Below, piece after piece: positions 21,215 to 32,374 of a DNA stretch of 64,000 nt. Numbering within the stretch: the stretch's first letter is position 1; each line of letters opens with the position of its first letter. The stretch is from Ministeria vibrans ATCC 50519. Taxonomy: Eukaryota; Protista; Filasterea. The notes beneath the pieces were generated by a model. That model did no database searches. It saw only the letters and a list, made by a program, of their open reading frames with translations, and was not told the DNA's origin. The position numbers and the translations under genes were made by a program. The DNA lies in NCBI GenBank assembly GCA_943704425.1, contig CALSCP010001139.1:1-64000 (forward strand), written 5' to 3'.

Positions 21215-24200
21215 TTACACACGGGATCGCGTCGAACGGCGCGTTGCCACAACAGGCTCGGCAGCTTCAGCCACCTTGCGAGTGGTCCTCTTGCGCTTGG
21301 TGGGCTCAGGCTCACTCACTTCGGGCTCCACAGTGACAGCGGCAGTCGCCGCCGCCTTGCGCTTGCTTCCTCGGGCAGTAGGTGCGGCAGCAACAGGCTC
21401 CTCAACAACCGCAGCTGCGGTGGCGCGTCTGCTGCGCTTCGCGGGTGCCTCCACAACTGGCTCATCAACCACGGCGGCGGCAGCCTTGGTAGCACGCTTG
21501 GCGCGCTTTACGACAGGCTGCTGCTCCTCAACAGCCACAGCCTCAGGCTCAGCAACCGCCTTGCTTGCCGTGCGCTTGGTACCACGCGTGGCTCGCACCG
21601 GTTTCTCAACGACATCAGTAGCAGCAGCAGTAGCAGCAGCGCGTCTACCACGCTTGGCCGGCACCTTCTCCACCACCGCGGGCTCCTCCACTACTGCCTT
21701 GGCAGTACGCTTGGCGCGCTTCACGACGACCGGCTGCTCCTCAGCCACCGCCTCAACCTCAGCAGCCTTAGTCTTGCGTTCACGCGTCGTTCTCTTCACA
21801 GGCTCCTCCTTCTCCTCCACTGCAGCAGCAGCAGCGGCCCTCTTGCGGCCACGCTTAGGTGCCACCACCGTCTCCTCAACCACACTGACTGCCGGCTCCT
21901 CCTGCACCACCGCTGGCTCAGCTGCCGTCTTCTTAGAGGTCTTCTTGGGGGTCTTTTTTGCCTTGACTGCCGACACAGGCGCCTCCTGCTGCTCCTGTTC
22001 CTGCTCAACAACAACAAGTGCCTTCTTGGCCGTCTTAGGCGTCTTGACAAGTTGTGCAACACCTGTGAGATCTGGCGACGCCACGAGACGCGCTGACTGC
22101 TCATGGAACATCTCACGCACACCAGTGAGTCTGGGACTGGCACAAGGAGTGCGAGGCTCGCGCAAAAGCTCTCGAACGCCCGTGAGCACAGGAGACGCAG
22201 TCGTACTAGCAGTAGCAGTAGCAGTAGTAGTAGCAGAAGTGGTGGTGGGGGAAGAAGCGGGTGAGACATGGGTGAGCTCAATGCCCTTTCTGATGGCATT
22301 GCGGACGGGGGTGTTAAGGGCCTTCTTGAGAGTGCGCTTCTTGAGCTGAACGCCCTCCTTGATGGCAGTGCGCACGGGGGTGTTGAGTGCCTTGGTGACC
22401 TTCTTGCTCTTGAGTTGAACACCCTCCTTGATTGCGTTGCGCACTGGTGTGTTGAGTGCGGTGGGCAGTGGCTCTTTGCTCTTGAGTTGAACACCCTCCT
22501 TGATTGCGTTGCGCACTGGTGTGTTGAGTGCGGTGGGCAGCTGCTTCTTCTTGAGCGTGACACCTTCCTTGATGGCAGCACGCAGTGGGGTGTTGAGGGC
22601 CATGGGCAGTGGCTCTTTGCTCTTGAGTGTGACTCCTTCCTTGATTGCGTTGCGCACGGGTGTGTTGAGGGCCTTGGTCAGCTCTCGCTTAGTCAGTGCA
22701 ACGCCCTTCTTAATGGCCTCGCGCACTGGCGTGTTAAGGCCCTTGCGCAACTCCTTCTTGCGCAGTGCAACACCCTGAACAATTTGCTGGCGCACAGGCG
22801 TGTTGAGACCCTTGGGCATCTTCTTGCTCTTGAGTTCGACTCCTTCCTTGATGGCAGCGCGCACAGGCGTGTTGAGACCCTTGGGCATCTTTTTGCTCTT
22901 AAGCTGGACACCTTCCTTGATTGCGTTGCGCACGGGTGTGTTGAGTGCGGTTGGCAGCGGCTCCTTGCTCTTGAGCTCGACTCCTTCCTTGATGGCAGCG
23001 CGCACAGGCGTGTTGAGACCCTTGGGCATCTTCTTGCTCTTAAGCTCAACTCCTTCCTTGATGGCAGCGCGCACAGGCGTGTTGAGACCCTTGGGCATCT
23101 TCTTGCTCTTGAGCTCGACCCCTTCCTTGATGGCAGCGCGCACAGGCGTGTTGAGACCCTTGGGCATCTTCTTGCTCTTAAGCTCAACTCCTTCCTTGAT
23201 GGCAGCGCGCACAGGCGTGTTGAGACCCTTGGGCATCTTCTTGCTCTTGAGCTCGACTCCTTCCTTGATGGCAGCGCGCACAGGCGTGTTGAGACCCTTG
23301 GGCATCTTCTTGCTCTTGAGCTCGACTCCTTCCTTGATTGCGTTGCGCACGGGAGTGTTGAGTGCGGTAGGCAGAGGCTCTTTGCTCTTGAGCTCGACTC
23401 CTTCCTTGATGGCAGCGCGCACAGGCGTGTTGAGACCCTTGGGCATCTTCTTGCTCTTGAGCTGAACGCCCTCTTTGATTGCGTTGCGCACGGGAGTGTT
23501 GAGTGCCTTGGTGACCTTCTTACTCTTGAGCTGGACACCCTCCTTGATAGCAGCGCGCACTGGAGTGTTGAGTGCCTTCATCATTTCTCGCTTCTTGAGC
23601 GTGACTCCTTTGCGAATGGCATCGCGCACGGGTGTTCGCAGTGCCGACTTGCGGTATACCTTGTTGAGCGAGGCCCCTGCGTCTCCCTGCTCAATCGCCC
23701 GCTTGAGTGCCTCGTCCATTCGTGCGCGGTTTGCACTGCCCGTCAGCTTCTCCATCGAGTCGTCTGAGCTGTCTTCCTCGTCCTCGGCCTCGTCATCGTC
23801 GTCACTTTCCTCGTCTACGTCTTCGTCGCTCTCCTCTTCTTCGTCACTGTCGCTCTCCTCTTCCTCCTCCTCTTCATCGTCGTCCTCCTCGGGATCCTCC
23901 ATGGCACTGCGTCGCGATGACAGATGCTCTTTCAACTCCTCCACTTGGTCCGGCTCCGGCACTGCTGCTGCACTGACAGTGGGCATGGCTGCGCGTCGCA
24001 GCTGCACTCCCTTGGCAATATCCTGGCGCAGTGGTGTGTTGAGGCGCAGGGCACGCTTGGCGGCGACACGCTCCTTGGGCGTAAGCTGCTTGGCGGGGGT
24101 GTTGTCCTCCTCCTCGTCGTCGACGTTGTCCGCCTTGGACGGCGACTCTTTGGCCATCTCGGCAACCGCTGTCAACTTGATGCCCTTGGCAATTTGCTCG

Positions 24201-25500
24201 CGAAGTGGTGTCTGCAGACGAGAGCGCGATTTGAGCGCAGGAGAAGATTTGGCAGGTGAGAGGGTGGCGGGCACGGGCGACGAGGGCGCACTGGCGGCGA
24301 CCGCGGCGAGACGGGGCGAGCTGCGGATCTTGAGGATGGTCTTGCCGGGGGTACCAGACTTGCGGGGCTGTGTGCCGCGGCGCACGGGCGTGCTCGGCGG
24401 GAGGTGCTTGTCGATGAGCTCGGGCGTGAGCTGTGGGCCAAAGCTGACCGAGTAGCGCTTGCTCAGCGGCTTGTGTGGCGTCACAAGATTTTCCAGGTTG
24501 CCCAGGGCTCCGCTGGACGGCGCAGCGGCGTCAACAGGCTGCTTTGCAGTGGATGTGGCGGCGGCAGGAGTCGGCATGGCGCGGGGGGCGGCGGGTGCGG
24601 CGGTGGAAGCGGAAACGGGAGTTGACGAGAGCGAACGACGCTTTTTGCTCGCCGACACGGGCGCATCGGCCGCCGCATTGGCCGGGCCCAACGGAGAACG
24701 GCTTGCCTTGGTGGTGCGGCGCGAAGGGTGGACTTTGGACGGAGTCACCTGTAAACACGATTGATTTTTGAAAAAAATGAGATGACGCGAAGTATTATTT
24801 GAAAATTTGACACAAAATCGAACCGTAAGGTATTCAAAGCGGAACTTGCGTTCTCCAATCTGGATCACATCGTCATGGCAGACTCGCTGAGCACTGGCAG
24901 CGACTGGCTTGCCGTTGACATACGTCAGATTTGTCGTACTTTCGTTTTTGATAAACACCTGTCAAAAAATTTATGAGCTTTGTTTTTTTGAAATTTCTCG
25001 TTGGGAAAAACTAAGAAAAAAACAAGAAAAAATTGCCCACGTCTAGGATCCAGCAGTTATACATCAATGAAAAACGCCTTTTGGAGCTTCCAAAATGTCT
25101 CGGTGGACAACAAAATGAAAATTTGCTTTTTTTGAATAGTTCTGTTTCACTCCAACAGGCAACAAGGACGATATTCCAAGCGCCGGGTTTGTTTGAAATG
25201 ACATCAAATCAATGCATTGAGCGGGATGATGAAGGAGATCAAGTGAAGAGTGGCGCACAAATGAAATTTACGAAAATTTGAATTTTTTTTTGAAAATGTA
25301 AATTTTTCGAAATGTCTTACGCTTCCGTCAGTTTCGTCACGCCAGAGCTTAGTGTGAACCTTGCTGACGTTCTGCAACTGAATGCGCACGTCGCAAGTAG
25401 GATCGCGTCCAAATATGCATTCGGAACGAGAGAAGGGGAATTTGTTGCCGTCGACGCCGCTGCGGCGGATCACTACAATGCTGCCAATACGCGATGACAT
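21215..25500 (-). CDS. Ki-67-like protein (FHA, PP1-binding motif, tandem repeats, basic tail), 3 exons
   Basis: Exon 1 IVVIRRSGVDGNKFPF..CIFGRDPTCDVRIQLQNVSKVH closely parallels the Ki-67 FHA. Exon 2 completes it (TYVNG..HDDVIQIGERKFRFE). SVSFGPQLTPELIDKHLPPSTPVRRG matches the Ki-67/Repo-Man PP1-binding region. Introns at about 25319-24959 and 24823-24749. Confidence 0.85.
22270..23645 (-). repeat. Coding tandem repeat, 20 units of 69-72 bp (LNTPVRxAIKEGVxLKSKKMPKG)
   Basis: Counted in the ORF translation; the central units are nearly identical at DNA level. Confidence 0.97.
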
Positions 25501-25942
25501 TGTGGGGAGGGATTTATTAGGGAAGGGAGTAAATAGGGAAAGGGAATGAAAATAAAATAAAAATTAAATTGATTGAATAAGTTAGATTATCACTATTCAG
25601 TCTCATCAGTCAACATTTTTTGTGTGAATAGTGGCGGCACGGTGGCTCTCGATGGCTAGCGTCGCCGTCTGTGAGTATGCCACCAACAAGCCTAGTTTGC
25701 CTACATGACGAAGTGCCATGCGTCAACATGATAACACGATCGGAGCTCTTGACGACTGTTTCGAGCAAAGGTGGAGCAAAGAAGGTTGCACCTGTTTAAT
25801 TATCTATCAATTCATTTTACTCTGCTTTTGTTTTGATATTTTCTTCTTAAATTACTTTTTTTTTTTGGGTTCTTCTAATTTTTTCATTCACGTCACACAC
25901 AGAGAGAAAAGAAACAAACACACACACACACACACACTTCGT

Positions 25943-27730
25943 TTAAAAGAAGCTTTTCGGTTGTTGCGACTGCTGTTGGAACATGGGCTGTCCCATCATC
26001 TGCTGTTGCGGCTGTTGCGACTGCTGCATGCCCATGGGCGCCTGCATGCCCCCCATGGACATCTGACCCATGCCACCCATCTGACCCATTCCACCCATCT
26101 GACCCATTCCACCCATCTGACCCATTCCGCCCATCTGACCCATTCCACCCATTTGTCCCATTCCGCCATAGTGCGGTTGCTGCTGCATCATAGGAGCACC
26201 GCCAGTAAAGCCCATTCCTCCTCCCATGGCACCCATGCCACCCATGCTGCGCGCGGGCGACGCTGTGTTGCTCGAGCTCGCTGGCTTGGCCTGCATGGGG
26301 CTCAGAGAGGCTGCGTCAATGTTGACCAGACCACCAAAGGCGGTGTTTGCTGCTGCAGGGCGCGCCGGTTGCTGTTGTTGTTGCTGCTGCTGCTGCGGTT
26401 GCATAGACATGGAGCCCATTTGAGCAGTAAGAGGCGTCATACTTGGCTGTAAGGGTTGCATGGGCATTGTAGCGGGTGCTGGTGTCATAAACTGCTGCTG
26501 CTGCTGCTGCGGGTACGACGAAGTCGGCTTTACTGCGGCAGGCGCGGGTGCCGATTGCCACGACTGAGTGGTGGTAGGCGCGGCAGATTCAAAGTCACCA
26601 AAGTCGGCAAAGTCATCGTCGGCAGCAGGGGCAGCGGGAGCAGATTGCTGGAAGGCGGTGAATTGCTGTTGTTGCTGGGGAGCGGGAGCAGTCGTGGTGC
26701 CGCGCGGGTTGAAAAAGTCGTCTTCGACAGCAGCGGGCGCGGCAGCCGAGACGGGCGCGCCAAAGTCGTCGTCGAGGTCAAGGAGAGAGGGGGCAGCGGC
26801 AGCGGGCTTGGCGGGCGCAGCCGCAGCAACAGGAGCGACAGCGACTGGAGCGGGAGCGGGGGTGACACGTTTCGGTGCAGGGGGGGACATCTGCTTGCTG
26901 TGGACGGGCGGAGGAAAATCATCGGCGGGATCGCGACGTCGAGAAGTCTTGGGCGATGGCGAGTCGTAGTCGTAGCGACCACGACCATTACCATCACCAC
27001 CACCGGCTCGTCGTTGCATCTGGGGACTCGACATGGGACTTGAGTTGTCACTGTAGGGTTTCTTTGATGATGTGGATCGTGAGGTGTGCGAGGAGGGCGC
27101 GTAACGGTCGTCATAGCGATCACTGCTGTGACCACCACCACCGCTGCGACCACCATAGCTCGACTGGTGACCATAGTCGCTTCCAAAACCGCCACTGCTA
27201 CTACTGCCACCGCCACCGACACCCACATATTTGTCACGGTTGGTGCGCGCGCGCTTGCGCTCCTCGCGCAGTCGCTCGTCGTCGTTGATCAACGTCGTCA
27301 GCTCCTTGGCCTTGTGACGCACATTCACTCCTTGGTCCTTGTGCTTATCGTCCACAAACTCGTACTTCTCCAACGCACGAATGTCGTAGATGCGGTCACG
27401 CGACTCCTCAACCACTCGCTCCGATCCGTTCTTCACAAGGTACTCCAACAGAAGCAGTGACTAAGACAAAAAAAAGAGAGAGTGTTTGAGACCATCACTT
27501 GGCCGCAAGCATCGTCCCTTGCGTCTCAGACATACCTTGTAGGTGTGGCGCCAGTTCTTCTCCGTCAACATCCGCTTCCACAGCATGTTCATCACTTCCG
27601 GCAAGTGATCGTACGAGTAGGTCGCCTTAGCAATTTCCGTCATCAGCGCACTCGACGCTCCCCACGCCTCCTTGTTCGTCGCCTCGCGCACTTTCACCTC
27701 AATTTCGGTGTAGTTCATGACAACGGCAGT
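25943..27730 (-). CDS. CLINT1: ENTH-domain epsin-related clathrin adaptor (EpsinR/CLINT1-like); first exon not found
   Basis: VVMNYTEIEVKVREATN..WGAS and WRHTYK|SLLLLEYLVKNGSERVV..DQGVNVR; clathrin box LLDLD; DFADF/DFGDF motifs; Met/Gly/Gln-rich tail. Confidence 0.88.
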
Positions 27731-27794
27731 TCTGTGCACAACGCAATGCAAAAGGAGTCAGATGTACGGACGACAGAGTCAAAAATATGAAACC

Positions 27795-27838
<44 letters not shown>

Positions 27839-27869
27839 AAACTTATCATTTTGGTTCGATCTGTTGCAG

Positions 27870-29102
27870 CTGTCGTCACTGGGCTCGGTCTGCTTATCAT
27901 GGCGGTTCTGACGTTAGCCGGCGACTTTGAAAAGAACCTCTACGGCTTCTATGGGCTTGGTAGAGACGCAAACGTTCAAAGTTCGCTGTCTGATTCTGTC
28001 AATGAACCCTTTTGCAGGATTTGGGGCGTTCACTCTCATCTTCGAATGGCCGCGCGGGAAGCGACCGCGAGGGTACACCCCCAAGAGACCCGGACAGCAA
28101 TACATTTCGCCGATGCTGCGCGCGCTGGGGCCGCTGGGGCGCAACTACTACGTGCGTTTTGTTGTGTATCTCTGCGCCGCAGTCCCTTGCTTCTTTGCAC
28201 TCCCGCTCATCCTTGCCGGTATCTTCTACGTCATCACGGGCCTCACATACTTCCGCGCCGCCATCAACGGTGAATTCTGGGCGGTGGACACAAAGAGATT
28301 TGCCAAGTCCAAACTCATCATCTCAGACGCACCCACGCGCCCTCCACCCCGGTACACCGCCCATCCTTCCCTATTCACGACGTATGCCTCTTGTCTTTCT
28401 CATCGTTTGTTTGTTTGCGTCCTTCTCGGCAGTGCGAATGTGCCCGACGACGATTACAACACCGACTACGGCAGCGGTACCGTGACCGTCCCCTCCGTGG
28501 CCTATGGCGAAGACGGTTCCATTCCCATGCAGGATCTCTCGCTCTCACAATCAGTACGCTGCATTGCAAAGCACCAAACGAGAGAGAAAGAAGCAACGAA
28601 GTACTCATTTTCTTTGCTGCGTTAGGCAACGGCCGATGATGGACTGCAGTATTACATGGGACCTGACGGACAGGTGTACGCCTACGACGCACGGCAACAG
28701 GGCGATGCCACACAACAACAACAAGAACAACAACCACAACAGCCGGAACAGGACAGTGCGAATATGCAGTACTACATTGGCGACGATGGTCAAACCTACA
28801 TGTACGATGCATCTGCCGCGAGCGCGCCAGCAGCCTCAGCAACAACACAGCCCGACGGCAACATGCAGTACTACGTGGGCGAAGATGGTCAAACGTACAT
28901 GTACGATGCGTCTGCGACCACAGACACCACTGCCGACCCCAACGTGCAATACTACTACGACGAAGCGACCCAGCAATACCTTGCCGTGCCCACACCTGTT
29001 CCCGAGCCCATCCCCTCCGCCGACGCCGCCACCGCCGCGCGCCCTCTGCGCCCGCGTACTCGCCCTAAGCCCGCCATGTCTACAAACTCTTCTGAGATTT
29101 AG
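27870..29102 (+). CDS. CYBA: p22phox (cytochrome b-245 light chain) with long Tyr-rich C-terminal extension; first exon not found
   Basis: FEWPRGKR..GQQY..LGPLGRNYYVR..AAINGEFW parallels p22phox EYPRGKR/RNYYVR/AAVRGEQW. Proline-rich APTRPPPR follows. Further exons splice in frame to 29102. Confidence 0.88.
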
Positions 29103-29271
29103 GTGTGTTTTTGTTTCTTCTCATTTTCTGCGTGTTCTCTCTCAATCCTGCTGGCGGGGAGAGTGGCGAACTTTAATAAACAAACCGTCTATATTCACTC
29201 AATCTTGAGTCAGTCAGCAGTCAACACTCATTCTCAACTTTCTACTTTTTTTTCTATTATTCAAGTGATTC

Positions 29272-31236
29272 ATGTCCAGCAATAAATCGTACCGATTTCG
29301 AGGCACCAACTTCACGGTGCCGAGGCGGTACGCTATGACGCGCGAAATTGGCCTGGGTGCCTTTGGCGTTGTTGTGGCGGGGAGCGACACGCAGACGCGC
29401 GCCTCTGTCGCCGTCAAGAAGGTAGGCGCCCTCGAATCGATCCGCCGACACGCCCCGCATGGACACATGCCTCATGTATGCGCGCGCGCGCGCAGTGTCT
29501 GTTGGCATCTTGCGCATTTGCATTGCAAATTTCAAAACACAAAAAGTCACGTCACATTTTGAGACCGTTTTTTGATCACTGTTCACGTCGCGCACCAACC
29601 TGTGTAGGTTTCAGGGGCGCTTCAGCACGTATCGGTTGCGCGTCAGACCTTACGTGAGCTACGGCTGTTGCGACACTTTCGTGGACATCCGAACATTGTG
29701 ATGTTGCGCGATACGTTTCGCACCGAAGAGGAGTCGGGCGATCAAGCGACGCGCGCGCTGGGCGACACACCTCGCGGCGACATCTACCTTGTGTTTGAAT
29801 TGATGGAGGGCGATCTGTCGCGTGTGCTCGGGTCGGGTCGGGCGCTGACGGTCGAGCACTGTCGTCTCTTTGTCTACCAACTGTTGCGCGGTCTCAAGTA
29901 CCTGCACTCCGCCAATGTGATCCATCGCGACATCAAGCCGCAGAATCTTCTCATTAACAGCCAGTGTGCCTTGAAGATTGCTGACTTTGGCATGGCTCGC
30001 GTTGTCGCCGATTCCACAGAGGTATTGCGCCAATCGTATGATTGGCTTATGTATAATTGACATTCATTCTCTCGTTTTGAGCAGAGTCACATGACGTTTA
30101 TGACCGAGTATGTTGCGACGCGCTGGTACCGAGCGCCGGAAGTGATGTTGTCGTTCAGTTCGTACGAGACGGTGATGGACATGTGGAGTGTGGGGTGTAT
30201 ATTGGCGGAGATGTTTGGGAAGGGAGTGCTGTTTGCAGGCGAGAATTATGTGCACCAGCTGCGGCTGACGCTGGGCGTGACGGGTCCGCCCGACACCGCT
30301 TTTATAGCTCGCGTGGGTAGCGAGCAGGTGCGTGCATATCTGGCGTCGCTGTTGGCGAGCACAACAGGGCCATCGGTGCCTCTGCGTGCGCTCTATCCGG
30401 ACGCAGACAGCGAGGCACTGTCGCTGCTCGCGCGTCTCCTTGTGCTTGACCCCGCACGTCGCATGACCGCTGCCGATGCTCTTGCCCACCCGTTTATGGG
30501 GCGCTATCACAACCGTCCGGGCAACAGCGAGCCGGTGTGTCCTCCGGCAGTGCTTGAGTTTGATCGGGAGGAGATGGGACTGACACGACTCGCTGATCTC
30601 ATTGACGCTGAAGTGGTCGCATCGGCTGCAGCCCAGGCCCTTATGGCGCCCATTGGCGATGCGCCAGGCGGAGCGCGAGGCAGCAGTAGTGTCAGTGACA
30701 CAGGTGCAGCGGGATCGGCAAAACGGACTCATCCCGATGACTCGGATGAGACGGGAGTGAGCAAACGCCCACGACACACCAGCACAACACAGCCCCTCAC
30801 ACCCGTGCGCGACCACCGACCCGAACTGAAACGACTGCAAGCGCAGCAACACTTGCTTATGGACACACATACAGATACAGGCACCGCACTGGCGAGCGCG
30901 GCGGCTGTGCCTTCCTCTCTGCTCTCTTCGCTGCTCCCGTCTGCCTCCCTCCCTGCCCTTACTCCTCGCTCCTCCATTGCAGTTACCGACCTTGCCACAC
31001 AACTGCGCTCCCAGATCCAAACTCCACGCGCCGACACCACCGCTCTAGAGCCCACAGACGCATCACCACTGGAAGTGCCCAGTGCGTCCGACGCACTTCC
31101 TGCTTCCGTCTCTGCCTCTGTCTTGCTTCACTCGTCCACTGCCAGCCACGCGCCTACTACCCTCTCTGCAGACGACCTCAGAGACATCCAAGACCTCCTT
31201 GAACTTGGCGATGCCAATATCTTTCCCCGCATATAG
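29272..31236 (+). CDS. MAP kinase, ERK5/MAPK7-like (TEY), 3 exons
   Basis: GLGAFGVV, VAVKK, IHRDIKPQN, DFGMAR, FMTEYVATRWYRAPE, and GENYVHQL..VGSEQVRAY (ERK5-like); long C-terminal tail. Confidence 0.9.
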
Positions 31237-31370
31237 CATGTAGACTCCCACCCACGCGCACACTCTATCTCTCTCACTGCCTCATTCTTCCCTCCTGTTC
31301 TTTGTCCAAAGTTTGTACAGTACATTTTCGTGTTTTCTCTCCTTTTCACACAGACAAACGGAAAGGTCCA

Positions 31371-32198
31371 TTAGACAGCAACATTCTTGGCATACTTGCG
31401 CTGCAAAGCAATGCGCATGAACGACGCGACCTTTTCCGCGGCAAGTCGTGCCACCTCTTCCGACGCGACCAGCTGTGCATCGCTGAAGAGACCGCGTCCG
31501 TGCGACAGCACTGCGCCTTGTGGCGCATCTGCATCGTCAACTTTTTGCTGCTGTTGTTGCTGTTGAAGAGCATGTGGTGACTGTGGGGCGACGCGAAAGG
31601 CGTGTGTGATGGTGGCACGAGTGTGGGCGGAGACTTCTTCGGCAGTGGCGTCGAGAAGTAGATGCGACGCGTCGCTCGGTGTGGCGACTGTCGCGGCTGC
31701 CACCATGTTGTCGAGAGGCACAGCTGCATCGGCGAGGGCCATTGCAACGGCGTTGATGGCGCAGGCAAGGAGAGAACCGTCGTCAACGAGAACCTGCACG
31801 TCGACGTGAAAGGCGCAACGCGGATGCAATGGCAACTGTACAATGGAGGAGACAAGGCGCGACAAAACGCCCTCCAGCGCTCGCTCAGGCACCCCTGCTA
31901 CCCCAGTAATCGGCTTGAACACCACTTCGACAACGGCGCGGTCGGGCAGCTCGCGTGCCGCGCGTGCTTCGACTGGGCCGTACACACACGCGAGAACACT
32001 GCTGTTGCCCATGGAAAACTGTGCACTGCCGTCGGCGCGACCAAGCACACCCTAGACCACAATCACACACATGCACACACACACACACACATACACACAG
32101 GGTATCGGTTTAGTATCGGTGCGGCAGACGATCGTCGGTACAATTTCGCAAGCGAGCGGTCGGATTTCGTTGTCTTCTCTTCCGTCTGGTCGTGTCAT
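31371..32198 (-). CDS. EXOSC5: Exosome core subunit Rrp46 (RNase PH fold), 2 exons
   Basis: MTRPDGR..IRPLACEI|GVLGRADGSAQF..VLACVYGP..DDGSLLACAINA..ALADA. Confidence 0.9.
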
Positions 32199-32374
32199 AT
32201 TCAGTATCTGCAGTCCGATGCGCTACAAAGTGTACTAGCTAGCTGTCCTTCTACCAAGCTAATCAACACAATTATTATTGTTAATGATTATTAATTTTCG
32301 CTGAAAATTGCAATCTAATTTATTCCAAAGATCAAAATAAAAAAAACCCAATAAAAATCTTATTCCTCGTCGCC

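Noticed and set aside
21173-24455. Long + strand ORFs (307-499 aa) opposite the Ki-67-like gene
   Set aside because: Antisense shadows of a repetitive, codon-biased gene with no independent motifs; the same applies to shadow ORFs over VWA3B, the ankyrin gene and ADAM-EGF.
25632-25690. tRNA-like segment (ggcacggtggc..tggctag..tgccacca)
   Set aside because: Only about 50 nt, with no T-arm or credible anticodon arm; at most a small hairpin.
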